The notes: generated by a model not told the origin, from the letters alone. A DNA stretch of 64,000 nt from an uncultured archaeon (GCA_964610875.1 CAZSWP010000009.1:1-64000); one strand, 5' to 3'; numbered from the stretch's first letter, positions 29,083-38,734 are shown. Made by a program: numbers and translations.

Positions 29083-29925
29083 CTATGTTGTATTCTTCTT
29101 CGGTTCTTCAGGTCGTTCGTACGTGACAACAAATTTGACCTCTTTTGCATCATCAATGACTTTCAGTGCATCGCCAGCTATGCCTATCTCTGCATATTGG
29201 ATGTTTTCGATGTAGCGCGTTTCTTTTGGCAGTTCGATCGTGACCACTTTCGACTTTATTGTCACTGAGTATTTATCTGCAGGAAGTCCTGGTACTCTTC
29301 TCTTTACTACAGCCTTAATTTTCTCAACAGGATCTGAAATGACCTCTCTAATGGTAACATCAAAGACTAGTGTCTTTCCTGCTAATGGATTGTTGAAATC
29401 TATTACAACTGTTCGACCAAGAACTTGTGTAATAACTCCTCGTTCTCTTCCGAAAGTTACCTCTGCTCCTTTGACCGGTCTGTCGCCTTGTTTCATCAGT
29501 TTTGTCTTTGCGACACGTTTGATTTTCTTCGGGTCCTTTTCTCCTGCACCTTTATCTGGAGGAATGTCTATGGTCTTTGATTCTCCTGCTTTCATTCCAA
29601 CTAGTTCTTCTTCAATTGCAGGAAGTAACCAATTCCAACCCACAGCAACTAATGTGGGTTCGTAACGGTCATCCTCTTTGTATAGGCCCTCTTTCTTCGC
29701 GATGTCCTCAAGAGTCAGGTCAAATATTTTATCATCTTCCTTTGTTTTTCCAATATAATCAACATAGACCAAACTACCTTCACTGACAACAGTCTCTTTC
29801 TCTGCAGCTTTCTTTTCAGTAGTCTTCTTGGTTGTTTTTTTGGTACTCTTCTTAGTTGTGGTCTTTTTCTCTGCAGTTTTTTTGGTAGTTTTCTTCTTGG
29901 TCTTCTTATCTTTCTCTTCAGGCAT
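29083..29925 (-). CDS. slyD: long-type FKBP peptidyl-prolyl isomerase with Lys/Thr-rich N-tail
   Basis: VYVDYIG, IFDLT and IDFNNPLAGKTLVFDV. Confidence 0.9.
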   Translation of the reverse strand: MPEEKDKKTKKKTTKKTAEKKTTTKKSTKKTTKKTTEKKAAEKETVVSEGSLVYVDYIGKTKEDDKIFDLTLEDIAKKEGLYKEDDRYEPTLVAVGWNWLLPAIEEELVGMKAGESKTIDIPPDKGAGEKDPKKIKRVAKTKLMKQGDRPVKGAEVTFGRERGVITQVLGRTVVIDFNNPLAGKTLVFDVTIREVISDPVEKIKAVVKRRVPGLPADKYSVTIKSKVVTIELPKETRYIENIQYAEIGIAGDALKVIDDAKEVKFVVTYERPEEPKKNTT

Positions 29926-30008
29926 TTATAGTTCCCCCGGGGAAGATATGACTGTATTTCAGCCGTCCAGCTCGGTGAAGTTATAAAACGGTTTCCTTAG
30001 GGCGTCTT

Positions 30009-30587
30009 TCACCGATTTGCTAAGTAAATCATGAGGGTTTCAAAGAAAATAGTGACCTTTGCAATTATTCTTTGGTTGAATCCGTTTTTCTTGAAGACCT
30101 CTTCAACACGTTCAGGCTTTCCGAGAGATGAAACCAGAATGTATATTCTTCCATTTTCTACAAGATGTTCTACTGATTGTTCAATAAAACGTTCAGCTAA
30201 TTCGGTTCCTTGTTCTCCACCAATTAGGGCATGATCCAAATTTGTGACATCTTCATCTGCTGGAAGATAAGGAGGATTAAAAATTACTACAGAAAATTTT
30301 GCTTTTGGCGATATGGCTCCAAGTAGATCGCCCTGAAACACTTCGGAAGCCGTTTCTGAGCTATGATTTGCTAGATTTCTCTTTGTATTGATTACTGCAT
30401 TCAATGAGATGTCCACTGCAACTATTCTCTTTACTCTATCAGCAAGTGCTACAGTTAGATAACCCGATCCACTTCCCATCTCAAGGACTGAGTCATATTT
30501 TGCGACCTCGATATTTTCTAATAATAACCTTGAATCTTCTGAAGGTGGGTATACACCATTATCGACACCGAATTCTTTGTTGCCCAT
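30009..30587 (-). CDS. HemK2/PrmC-related methyltransferase
   Basis: VYPPSEDS, LEMGSGSG and FNPPYLP. Confidence 0.93.
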   Translation of the reverse strand: MGNKEFGVDNGVYPPSEDSRLLLENIEVAKYDSVLEMGSGSGYLTVALADRVKRIVAVDISLNAVINTKRNLANHSSETASEVFQGDLLGAISPKAKFSVVIFNPPYLPADEDVTNLDHALIGGEQGTELAERFIEQSVEHLVENGRIYILVSSLGKPERVEEVFKKNGFNQRIIAKVTIFFETLMIYLANR

Positions 30588-30589
30588 AG

Positions 30590-31447
30590 TTATTCCCTTC
30601 TTGGATGAGAAATAATATCATCCTCTATCGCAGAAGTAAGTGAGTCTGCAATACAAACTAGAGTTTCTATTGGAAGATTTCTAAGTCGTTCATCTAGAAT
30701 ATCCTCTGAGATATAGCTTACAATCTGATTGTAGTGCTTCAATAGTTTGATACGTTTGAGCCAGAATTTCATAGCTTTTCGCAATTTCTTGTTGGGATAT
30801 GAATAGATTCCATGAATTAACCAAAAAAAGACATCAGAATCTTTTGCTTTTGGTCCTCCTTCTCTGTGACAGACACGTAGTACCGAGGAATCCACTGCTG
30901 GTTCTGGATAAAAATCCGTTGCTGGCACATCAAAGAGCCATTCAGCGGAACTAAGATAATTGAAATCAATAGTAAGTCTCGAGTAGTCTGAGGAACCTGG
31001 TTCCGCTAATAATCGATTCGCAAACTCCTTTTGATACATAAGTATTGCATATTCAAAACTGAATTCCTTTAGAAGACGAAACGTGATGTTGGAAGCAACT
31101 GAATAAGGCAAGTTTGCTATAATCTTGTTAAAACTTGGCAAGCCGTGCGTCAATATATTTCCCTGAATGACCTCTATTCGGTCATTATCGCCAAACATAT
31201 CCAAGAGTGCTTGTACTAGACCAGGATCAATCTCTACGACAATCACTTTACCTGCTTCGCGTGCCAACCATTTTGTTAGAGCTCCAAACCCGCCTCCTAT
31301 TTCTAGAACAGTATCATCAGAAGATAGTTTTCCTGATTGTACAATGTTTTTTGCCACTTGGGCATTTATGAGGAAACTTTGTCCTGATTTCTTCTGTGGT
31401 TGTATGGAATACTTTCGTAGAAGTGCTTGAACCTCTGTGCGAGTCAA
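30590..31447 (-). CDS. rsmA: 16S rRNA adenine dimethyltransferase KsgA/Dim1
   Basis: GQSFL, LEIGGGFG, ANLPY, MYQKE and PAVDS. Confidence 0.95.
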   Translation of the reverse strand: MTRTEVQALLRKYSIQPQKKSGQSFLINAQVAKNIVQSGKLSSDDTVLEIGGGFGALTKWLAREAGKVIVVEIDPGLVQALLDMFGDNDRIEVIQGNILTHGLPSFNKIIANLPYSVASNITFRLLKEFSFEYAILMYQKEFANRLLAEPGSSDYSRLTIDFNYLSSAEWLFDVPATDFYPEPAVDSSVLRVCHREGGPKAKDSDVFFWLIHGIYSYPNKKLRKAMKFWLKRIKLLKHYNQIVSYISEDILDERLRNLPIETLVCIADSLTSAIEDDIISHPRRE

Positions 31448-31474
31448 AGGAACTCACCTCTTCTTGATGATGTG

Positions 31475-32080
31475 CTATCTTCGAGGTGGACGGTCTCGTT
31501 CATTTTCATCTCGTTTCGGTGCCTTGACGAAGAGCCACCGTTTTACATCTTCTTGCAGCTCATCTATTATTCTGGCAGAGATGACCTTCTTAGGATTTTG
31601 AAGTTTCGTTCTTTCAGCAATATCATCGAAATTTTTGAACGACTTCTTTTTGCGTTCTTCAAGGATTGCCCACATTAGCGTTTGACCAATGCCTGGCAAT
31701 AATTGCAAAGAATGTTGTCTAGTTGTGATTGGTTTGGCTTCATTGAAGAATTGTACAAATCGATGCTCATGCTTTGTGACTATCATTTCGATAACTAGTG
31801 GTAACTCTGCCGCACTCTCAGGAGCTAAATCTTCGTAGAAAATTCTTCTCTTGACATGGTCTATCTTTCCTCGTGCATCACGAGATATTGCCACACGTTC
31901 CTGCGGGTTTAAAGATGCTCCTCTTCGCGGAGCAAGTTCTAGAAGTGTGAATTGTGACTCGCCAATAGCTTGAGCTACGGTTTCACCTCTGGGCCTGCTA
32001 TCGCGGAGATATACTTTTGGAGGAACAACTGCAAGGATGTAAGCGTGTGTTTCAAATGCTCTATTAGATGTATCTTCCAT
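31475..32080 (-). CDS. DUF655 RNA-binding protein
   Basis: AQAIGESQFTLLE and HSLQLLPGIG; conserved rpl21e-rpo4-DUF655-ksgA order. Confidence 0.9.
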   Translation of the reverse strand: MEDTSNRAFETHAYILAVVPPKVYLRDSRPRGETVAQAIGESQFTLLELAPRRGASLNPQERVAISRDARGKIDHVKRRIFYEDLAPESAAELPLVIEMIVTKHEHRFVQFFNEAKPITTRQHSLQLLPGIGQTLMWAILEERKKKSFKNFDDIAERTKLQNPKKVISARIIDELQEDVKRWLFVKAPKRDENERDRPPRR

Positions 32081-32176
32081 TCGTTATCGCCCCTAATTAT
32101 TACAGGCCACATATATAATGAATTCACTTACTTGTGTTAAAAGTCAATCGGGACTAGCAATCCCGTTTTCGTATTT

Positions 32177-32512
32177 CTATGACCGAGCTTTTGTGATTAT
32201 CTCAACAATCTCCTCCAACTGCTCATCCGTAAGCTCGACACTGCGCATATCAAGAACCGATTTTAGTTCTTCTATGGAGGTAGGTGCAATATTCACAATT
32301 TGAACCGCCTGAAAGCGTGTCAAATCATAGCTCTTCATAATTCGTTTCGTAGTCTTTCTAGAAACCGCGGGAGCCATCTTTGCAAAAGAAGATGCGTGTT
32401 CCAAGGTTATAGTCTGTTGGAAGGAGAGCTCGCTCTCTTTTCCGCGCTTACTCAGAATCTTCTTGACTTGAGGTAATGTAACTTCCTCTTCTTTTACAAC
32501 TTCTTTGGGCAT
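32177..32512 (-). CDS. rpo4: RNA polymerase subunit Rpo4 (F)
   Basis: ELSFQQ..AVQIVNIAP..EELKSV; gene order. Confidence 0.9.
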   Translation of the reverse strand: MPKEVVKEEEVTLPQVKKILSKRGKESELSFQQTITLEHASSFAKMAPAVSRKTTKRIMKSYDLTRFQAVQIVNIAPTSIEELKSVLDMRSVELTDEQLEEIVEIITKARS

Positions 32513-32524
32513 CCGCCTTTCCCC

Positions 32525-32821
32525 CTATTCTCTCACCGGTTGAAGATGCTCAGGTCGTATAATAAGAGTCTTTGTGGCTTTACCAACTTGCACATCAACA
32601 ATAATCCCTCTTCCTCTGACACCTTTCACGATACCAGTTAGGCCGTGGTATCTACTGTGTGGCATCCCTTTATGCACACTGGGATTGATAACAATATTGA
32701 CGCGTTGACCCTTCTCATAGTCGATAAGGACCGCACTAAGTGGACTTAATCCTCTTTTCCTGACTCTCTTTGACATCAGGTCACGAGTTCTTGCACGGAA
32801 TCCATGACTCTTTTTGACCAT
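32525..32821 (-). CDS. rpl21e: 50S ribosomal protein L21e
   Basis: SHGFRARTR..HKGMPHSRYHG..RPEHL. Confidence 0.97.
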   Translation of the reverse strand: MVKKSHGFRARTRDLMSKRVRKRGLSPLSAVLIDYEKGQRVNIVINPSVHKGMPHSRYHGLTGIVKGVRGRGIIVDVQVGKATKTLIIRPEHLQPVRE

Positions 32822-32930
32822 AGGGCATCATCTTTTTCATTTGTTGTTCCTGGTATCTAGAAATAGTTAGTACTTCCTGACCAAGACTCAGCAAGACCTC
32901 TTGGGTGTTAACTTAAAGATTATGGTCTGT

Positions 32931-34289
32931 TTATGTCGACTCTATTGCAATCACATTAAGTTCGGTACATTCACAAAAACGGTCTAAAACGGAACTAACT
33001 GATGGCACAGTCCTACCCTCATCGCCAGATATCAATTCTTTTACATATGTCCCTCCCTGAACACTAAATCTGGCAGATAGCATATTGTTTGACTCTCTCT
33101 CTAATGTGACTTCATGGACAATCTTCTCTCGTATCAAATCAGAACGCCTGTGTGAAACTCGTTTTGGAGTTCTCTGTTTTATGGTAACACCGGTCAGCTC
33201 TCTCTCTGCTTTTTTCAACATCTCTTCTGTTACTTCGCCTTCGACCCTGATCTTTGCTTTGTACTCCTTTATGTTTTCAGAGGCTTCCAGCTTTAGTCCC
33301 TGAGCCTCACTTCTTTCCGACATACGGAGTCCAAGAACCTCAATCTTTTCCGAAGCATGATGATTGATGACTTTTCGTAATTCATCTAAATCAGGATGAC
33401 GTATCCTTGGTTCTGACACCTCTAAAACGAATGGTCTTCCCGTTCCTAACATTAGAACATCGATATCCTCTCTTCCTGCCGCATGCACTTTGAAGCGAGT
33501 TCCATTTAGTATTTCGAGCGATGGTGTTCCAATATACTCTGATACCGAATCAGGATATTTACGACCCGTATTATTACATTCTTCGCACCCTTTTCCTCCA
33601 CATGATTTACAGTCCCATCGACTTTGTGGTATTCCCCGTACCAGCTTACGGTATCGCCCGTAGATGAACACTGGATTTATCTGAAGTTTGAAATCATCCT
33701 GAGCCATATCATAGAGGACTACTACATCAGGCTGTTTGAAGTCCACCTCTTGTGGCATCATGGTATCGAGATATTTTCCAATTTCTCGATTAAAATCCGA
33801 CTTGAAAGTCTCTCCATATAACAAGTTGTTATTAGCACGTAGTTCATCCTCTCGTTCTGCCAATTCAGCTATTGGAATAGTGCCTACAAGAAATGTATCG
33901 AATTGGATTTCATCTAATTGTTCCATCACACGTTTAGAAATAGATGGAATTCTTTCAAAGACAGAATGGTTGTTTTGAGAACATAAATAGCACGACTCCT
34001 TTTTCTCATATTCGATATCATATCGCTTGCATAAGCTACCAGCTTGTTCGGATAGCCCATTTGAAGCTAGATTCCTTAGAAGATGCACACCGTTCTCTTT
34101 CAAGCCAGAACGTATTTGCTCGTCAGCAGTCATTACAAGAACGGTTTTCACTGCTTTTCCACGTTCATCATTCGTTGTTTCTGTGCTCAACCATGCAAAC
34201 TGTCTTCCCAGACATTGATCACATAGGACATGGTTATGTAGTAGCTTCTCAGCTTTTTGTAAAACATCTGATTCTACTACCTTTGCCAT
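32931..34289 (-). CDS. pus10: tRNA pseudouridine(54/55) synthase Pus10
   Basis: CDQCLGRQF, GRYRKL, AGREDIDV and GGTYVKELISGD. Confidence 0.95.
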   Translation of the reverse strand: MAKVVESDVLQKAEKLLHNHVLCDQCLGRQFAWLSTETTNDERGKAVKTVLVMTADEQIRSGLKENGVHLLRNLASNGLSEQAGSLCKRYDIEYEKKESCYLCSQNNHSVFERIPSISKRVMEQLDEIQFDTFLVGTIPIAELAEREDELRANNNLLYGETFKSDFNREIGKYLDTMMPQEVDFKQPDVVVLYDMAQDDFKLQINPVFIYGRYRKLVRGIPQSRWDCKSCGGKGCEECNNTGRKYPDSVSEYIGTPSLEILNGTRFKVHAAGREDIDVLMLGTGRPFVLEVSEPRIRHPDLDELRKVINHHASEKIEVLGLRMSERSEAQGLKLEASENIKEYKAKIRVEGEVTEEMLKKAERELTGVTIKQRTPKRVSHRRSDLIREKIVHEVTLERESNNMLSARFSVQGGTYVKELISGDEGRTVPSVSSVLDRFCECTELNVIAIEST

Positions 34290-34325
34290 ATAGACATCCC
34301 CATTTCATTTGTAGTTGTCTTGGGT

Positions 34326-34513
34326 CGCGAACAGATACTAATAATCAGGACAAACCTTGACATTATTGTGTAGGTGCTTATATAGGACCGGTAAGGATAT
34401 TTTAGTGAGGGTGTCTTGACACACGATCTTACCCTCGCAAAGCCAGTCCCAGTACCGTTGTCTGGGAGGACAAAGCTTTGGTGTCCAGATTTGTCCAACT
34501 TACAATGAACGGT
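34326..34513 (+). mobile_element. 188-bp non-autonomous cassette, copy 2
   Basis: Collinear homology to 15596-15782. Preceded by GGGT and ends AACGGT. Intergenic between pus10 and the GGR-like gene. Confidence 0.65.
34405..34513 (+). ncRNA. structured ncRNA, copy 2
   Basis: GTGAGGGT/ACCCTCGC, AAAGC/GCTTT, TCCCAG/CTGGGA, GGACAAA/TTTGTCC and ACCGTT/AACGGT. TTATATA at 34378-34384. Confidence 0.7.
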
Positions 34514-34538
34514 TCTTGATATAGATGTAGCTATGGGG

Positions 34539-35750
34539 CTATACAAATGGATTCAGGTGTACTATTATTCTAAATGCGAGAAAAATCATTCTTGGGTCCT
34601 TGAATATATCAAGAATGACCTTCTTTTGCATATCCATATCTCCTTCACGCTTGATTATATTAACAAGTCCAAATTCATTTGCAGATTCGATTAGACGATT
34701 TAGTCCAGTATCTGAGAGTGATATGATTGCTCTCTGCGCATAGTACATTGTACGTAGCTCTTCAATGAATTGACCTCTCCATCTCTTATCATAACTCCTC
34801 AAATCAGGCAGCTTGTCTGATAGAAATGTGGCTGCAGTCTTTCCCGCAATTTTAGATGTTAGCCCTCCCAATATTACGCCTCCTCCAGTAGTTGCTTTTA
34901 CAATACCCGCTGCATCTCCTAGAACCATGCTTCGGTTCTTGGCGGTCTCTCTGATTGGTTTCCCAACCAATACGGTTCCTCCCATACTTCTGGTGATTGT
35001 GATATTGCTCAGACGTTCTTTCATGACTCGATGATGTTTAATTGCGGCATCAAGTCGTTTTTTTGGAAAGTCTTTAGACGCAACACCAATCCTTGCTTTT
35101 CTCTCTCCGAGTGGAATGATCCATGCAAAGAATCCTCTTGATATGCGCCTTCCATAGAACATCTCCACGAAATCAGTGTCAAAATTACCTCCCGTAACTT
35201 CATACTGGAATGCAGGTAGTTTTTGTTTCCGTGGGATTATTGGAAACCCCAATTGCGATGATATCTTGCATTTTGATCCTTCCGCACTCAATACGATTTT
35301 TCCCTGTATGTCTGTTGTTTCATTTCGTAGTAACACTTTGAAAAGGCCAGATTTTTTTTGTCGTATTACGTTCACATGAGTCCCTGTGAATAACTTAACA
35401 CCTCTCTCAGTTGCTCTACTTGCTAACCAGCGGTCAAACTCTCTGCGGTCAACTACATGTGCTTCACGTTTCCCTCTTTCTACCGTTATATTGGACCCAT
35501 TAGGAGCGAAAATACGGGCGCCCCGCACAACATGCTGGACGACATCTTTTGGTGGATTCAGTCCGAGTCGTTTTAATCCAGTTGAACTGAGAAGTCCCGC
35601 ACAATGATCTGGCTCTCCAATGACATCATGTTCTTCAAAGATACACACATCGTGTCCACTTGCTGCAATCTCCGTTGCTGCAAGTAATCCCGAAGGACCT
35701 GCACCTACGATGATAGCATCTCTTTTCAACGGTTTTTCCTCTTGATTCAT
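34539..35750 (-). CDS. geranylgeranyl reductase family FAD oxidoreductase
   Basis: IIVGAGPSG, HCAG, FAWIIP and LGDAAGIVKATTGGG. Probable start is ATG 35750. Confidence 0.9.
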   Translation of the reverse strand: MNQEEKPLKRDAIIVGAGPSGLLAATEIAASGHDVCIFEEHDVIGEPDHCAGLLSSTGLKRLGLNPPKDVVQHVVRGARIFAPNGSNITVERGKREAHVVDRREFDRWLASRATERGVKLFTGTHVNVIRQKKSGLFKVLLRNETTDIQGKIVLSAEGSKCKISSQLGFPIIPRKQKLPAFQYEVTGGNFDTDFVEMFYGRRISRGFFAWIIPLGERKARIGVASKDFPKKRLDAAIKHHRVMKERLSNITITRSMGGTVLVGKPIRETAKNRSMVLGDAAGIVKATTGGGVILGGLTSKIAGKTAATFLSDKLPDLRSYDKRWRGQFIEELRTMYYAQRAIISLSDTGLNRLIESANEFGLVNIIKREGDMDMQKKVILDIFKDPRMIFLAFRIIVHLNPFV

Positions 35751-35816
35751 CCTTACCAAGACCCTTTTTAATCTCTCACAACTGCCCGGTATAAGAACAA
35801 CAAATCGGTGATAGCA

Positions 35817-36185
35817 ATGAATGAACGGTCTTTCAAATACAAACAAGTTATTGCTGTCAGGACAGACATTGGAATGAGTAAAGGAAAGATGGCCGTTCAG
35901 GTTGCTCATGGTGCTGTATCTGCGGCTGAGCACTGTAGGGTTTCCAAACAGGAAGTTTGGAAATCTTGGCTCCATGAAGGACAAAAGAAGGTGGCAGTGA
36001 AAGTATCTTCGGAAGAGGAGCTACAGAGTCTACTAAGGGAAGCTGTCAATCATCGCTTACCTTATGCTCTCATTCGTGATGCTGGAATGACTGAGCTTCC
36101 ATCTGGAACGGCGACGGTGTTGGGCATAGGTCCTGGAATAGCTGAAGATATTGATAGAGTGACGGGCGAATTAAAACTCCTATGA
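35817..36185 (+). CDS. pth2: peptidyl-tRNA hydrolase Pth2
   Basis: KQVIAVRTD..GKMAVQVAH..DAGMTE..LGIGP. Confidence 0.96.
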   Translation: MNERSFKYKQVIAVRTDIGMSKGKMAVQVAHGAVSAAEHCRVSKQEVWKSWLHEGQKKVAVKVSSEEELQSLLREAVNHRLPYALIRDAGMTELPSGTATVLGIGPGIAEDIDRVTGELKLL

Positions 36186-36197
36186 GAGGAACATTAC

Positions 36198-37544
36198 GTG
36201 CACGAAGCTAATTTTCCTCTTGAGAAATCCATTGGCATGGAACTCTATAGTACCGACTTCGAAGGAATCGGGGGTATTCTGAAACATAGGCCTAGTGATT
36301 TTATTGTTGAAGAGATTACCGAAGATGGTAGTGTCCAATCAGTTCATCCGTTTACTAAAGAAATACGTCCTCCTATTGCAATCAATGGGGCAAGGAAGAA
36401 AGCTCGCAATATCCATCTCACTGTTCAGAAAGAGAATCTGACAACGATGGATACTGTAAATTTGATGTGTGCTGCTCTTCGTCTTTCAAGAAATATGGTT
36501 TCATATGCTGGTCTTAAGGATAAAAGAGCCATCACCTGTCAGAGAATGTCTGTTCCTGTCCAAGTAGAAAATGAACTCAAAGAACTAAAGATTGCAGGAG
36601 TACAATTTCGTGATTTCGAATATTCTCGGCAACCTATTAAGATTGGTGACCTATGGGGTAACCGATTTACCATTCTGCTTCGAAATTCAGATTATGAGCC
36701 AGAAACTGTAGTTCAGTATTTCAAAGCAATGGCTAATACTGCCCTCATCAACTTTTTTGGTGTCCAACGATTTGGTGTAGTAAGACCGGTCACACACAAG
36801 ATAGGGAAAGCACTGGTGCAGAAAGACTACGAAAAAGCAGCTAAGGTTATTTTATCAACTCCGGGGAAGTACGAGTCAGATACTCTTCAGGAAGCACGGA
36901 AAAGAATGGAGGATGGTGAATTTTCTGAAACCGTTCTCAAGGAATTGCCTCGGGATATGAGATATGAGCGAATCGTTCTCAAGGAATTGATAAACCATCC
37001 TAACGACTTCAAGAGAGCCATATTCAAACTATCACCTCGCCTTCAGACTCTCTTTGTTCATGCTTTTCAATCCTATTTATTCAACAGATTGATCAGCAAG
37101 CGTTGTAGACTTGGCATGCCAATTAATAGACCCAGCGTTGGTGACTTCTTGATTGGACTTGATGATGCCCACACAGGTCGAGATGATTGGATATTTGTTA
37201 CAGACCAGAATCTCTCTCAATGTATTGCTCTCACTACTGAGAAAAAATACGGTGTGGCAATAGTCATACCTGGCTACGCTTCAAAGATGCCAAATACCCG
37301 TCAAACAGAATTAGTCAAGAAGACGCTCACAGAAGAGGAGATTTCTTTTGGGGATTTTCGAAATCCTGAGAATAGACATCTTGATTCACTTGGTGGATTG
37401 CACCTTGCTAGTATTGACATAAGAGAGCCCAGAGTAGATATTTTGGAAGAGGGTCCCCAGTTCTCGTTTAAATTGAGAAAGGGTTCATATGCTACAGTCG
37501 TTATGCGCGAGATTATGAAGAATGAACCCGTGAATCGTATCTAA
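36198..37544 (+). CDS. truD: tRNA pseudouridine(13) synthase TruD
   Basis: DFIVEE, YAGLKDK, GNRF, NFFGVQRFG and GSYAT. Confidence 0.96.
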   Translation: MHEANFPLEKSIGMELYSTDFEGIGGILKHRPSDFIVEEITEDGSVQSVHPFTKEIRPPIAINGARKKARNIHLTVQKENLTTMDTVNLMCAALRLSRNMVSYAGLKDKRAITCQRMSVPVQVENELKELKIAGVQFRDFEYSRQPIKIGDLWGNRFTILLRNSDYEPETVVQYFKAMANTALINFFGVQRFGVVRPVTHKIGKALVQKDYEKAAKVILSTPGKYESDTLQEARKRMEDGEFSETVLKELPRDMRYERIVLKELINHPNDFKRAIFKLSPRLQTLFVHAFQSYLFNRLISKRCRLGMPINRPSVGDFLIGLDDAHTGRDDWIFVTDQNLSQCIALTTEKKYGVAIVIPGYASKMPNTRQTELVKKTLTEEEISFGDFRNPENRHLDSLGGLHLASIDIREPRVDILEEGPQFSFKLRKGSYATVVMREIMKNEPVNRI

Positions 37545-37545
37545 C

Positions 37546-38127
37546 TTATCCAGAACGACTTGAAAAGTCCTTCATTCGCTCATCAAATTCGTCAGGTTCC
37601 TTTTCATCTTCCTTCTCAATACGTTCATCTTGATATTGGAAGATTACCGATTCACCTACAACAGCTGAAACAATCTTTCTGAGTTGGTCCTTAGAGTATT
37701 TTATTCTGGATCTATCTTCTGGCCGAAGCATTACTATGCTTTCTTTGAATCCATTTGGCAAATAGAGACTATTAACGCCCACTTCTACCGCGGGGCGGAT
37801 AAGATATCTGACGATAGTCCTAAGGTTTGCTGGACCTTTTACAATCATGACATCCCCATATTCGTCCTTTAAGGTTTCAAGAAGCTCTTCATCGTCCTCG
37901 AGTAATTCTTTGCTCTTTTTCTTGACAACAAGCACAAGTAAGTTGTCCAATTTCAGGGCTCTTACTAAATTCAAGTCATTAAGGTTGGGGTGCTCCTTTG
38001 ATAGTTCTAATATCCACTTACAAAATTCGATATCAAAATCTGTGATTTCACCTCTATCCAATCGCTCTTGACAATTTGGACAGAGCATATCGGACTCCAA
38101 ATCAAAGACACATACAGGTAGGCGCAT
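37546..38127 (-). CDS. NusA-like KH-domain protein with N-terminal Cys motif
   Basis: PVCVFD..LCPNCQ..GEITDFD, typical of the archaeal NusA paralogue next to alba. Confidence 0.7.
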   Translation of the reverse strand: MRLPVCVFDLESDMLCPNCQERLDRGEITDFDIEFCKWILELSKEHPNLNDLNLVRALKLDNLLVLVVKKKSKELLEDDEELLETLKDEYGDVMIVKGPANLRTIVRYLIRPAVEVGVNSLYLPNGFKESIVMLRPEDRSRIKYSKDQLRKIVSAVVGESVIFQYQDERIEKEDEKEPDEFDERMKDFSSRSG

Positions 38128-38201
38128 AGACTTATCCTCTCTAAATTAAGGGGCTCGATAGTATTCGAGCAGTAATGAAGGCAATATGAGATTTGCGACA
38201 A

Positions 38202-38528
38202 CTACTTAGATAATATGATATCTATGGTTGAAACGTTCAAGTCACTACCTTTGTCAGTTTGAACAGTGGTAGTATCTATGATAATGTCTTTTACTGTCAG
38301 TCCTTCGATGAATCTGTGCCTTGTTATCTCTGCAACATCGACTGCTCTGCTAATCAGTCTCCCTCTTGCTTTGATAACAACTTCTGTAGCTCCTTTGTTA
38401 AATAATGTTACACATGCAAGCACATAGCTCATTACATTCTTGGAACCAACTAAGATGGTAGAATCACCATGCTCGTTGCTCTCATTGTTTTTACTTGTCT
38501 TTTCCTCCGCCACACGCAGACTCTCCAC
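38202..38528 (-). CDS. albA: DNA/RNA-binding protein Alba
   Basis: [29 protein letters not shown]. Confidence 0.96.
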   Translation of the reverse strand: MESLRVAEEKTSKNNESNEHGDSTILVGSKNVMSYVLACVTLFNKGATEVVIKARGRLISRAVDVAEITRHRFIEGLTVKDIIIDTTTVQTDKGSDLNVSTIDIILSK

Positions 38529-38734
38529 TAGCTGTCAACGGGTCAACTCATATGTGGAACATTGTTGCTTCTGATATAGATTTCGTTTACGATAATTCCT
38601 GCTTCCAGTGTTTTCGAATGCCTTCATTACCTGAAACACCATTTATGAGTACATACATTACTATTGGATAGTGAACCCTCAATCGGAATGCTTTTCTTAT
38701 GAACAAAGGGCTTTGGGTTTGGATGTCTATATAG

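Noticed and set aside
15675-34513. The repeated element as CRISPR repeats
   Set aside because: The copies are kilobases apart, ~108-190 bp long and not arrayed with spacers. No cas genes are in the window.
34490-34517. TGAACGGTTC resembling group II intron domain V
   Set aside because: The 5' strand of domain V and a GUGYG start are missing, and TTC is not conserved in the other copies.
35751-35984. N-terminal extension of the GGR-like ORF
   Set aside because: It overlaps pth2 on the opposite strand, and the Rossmann motif begins right after ATG 35750.
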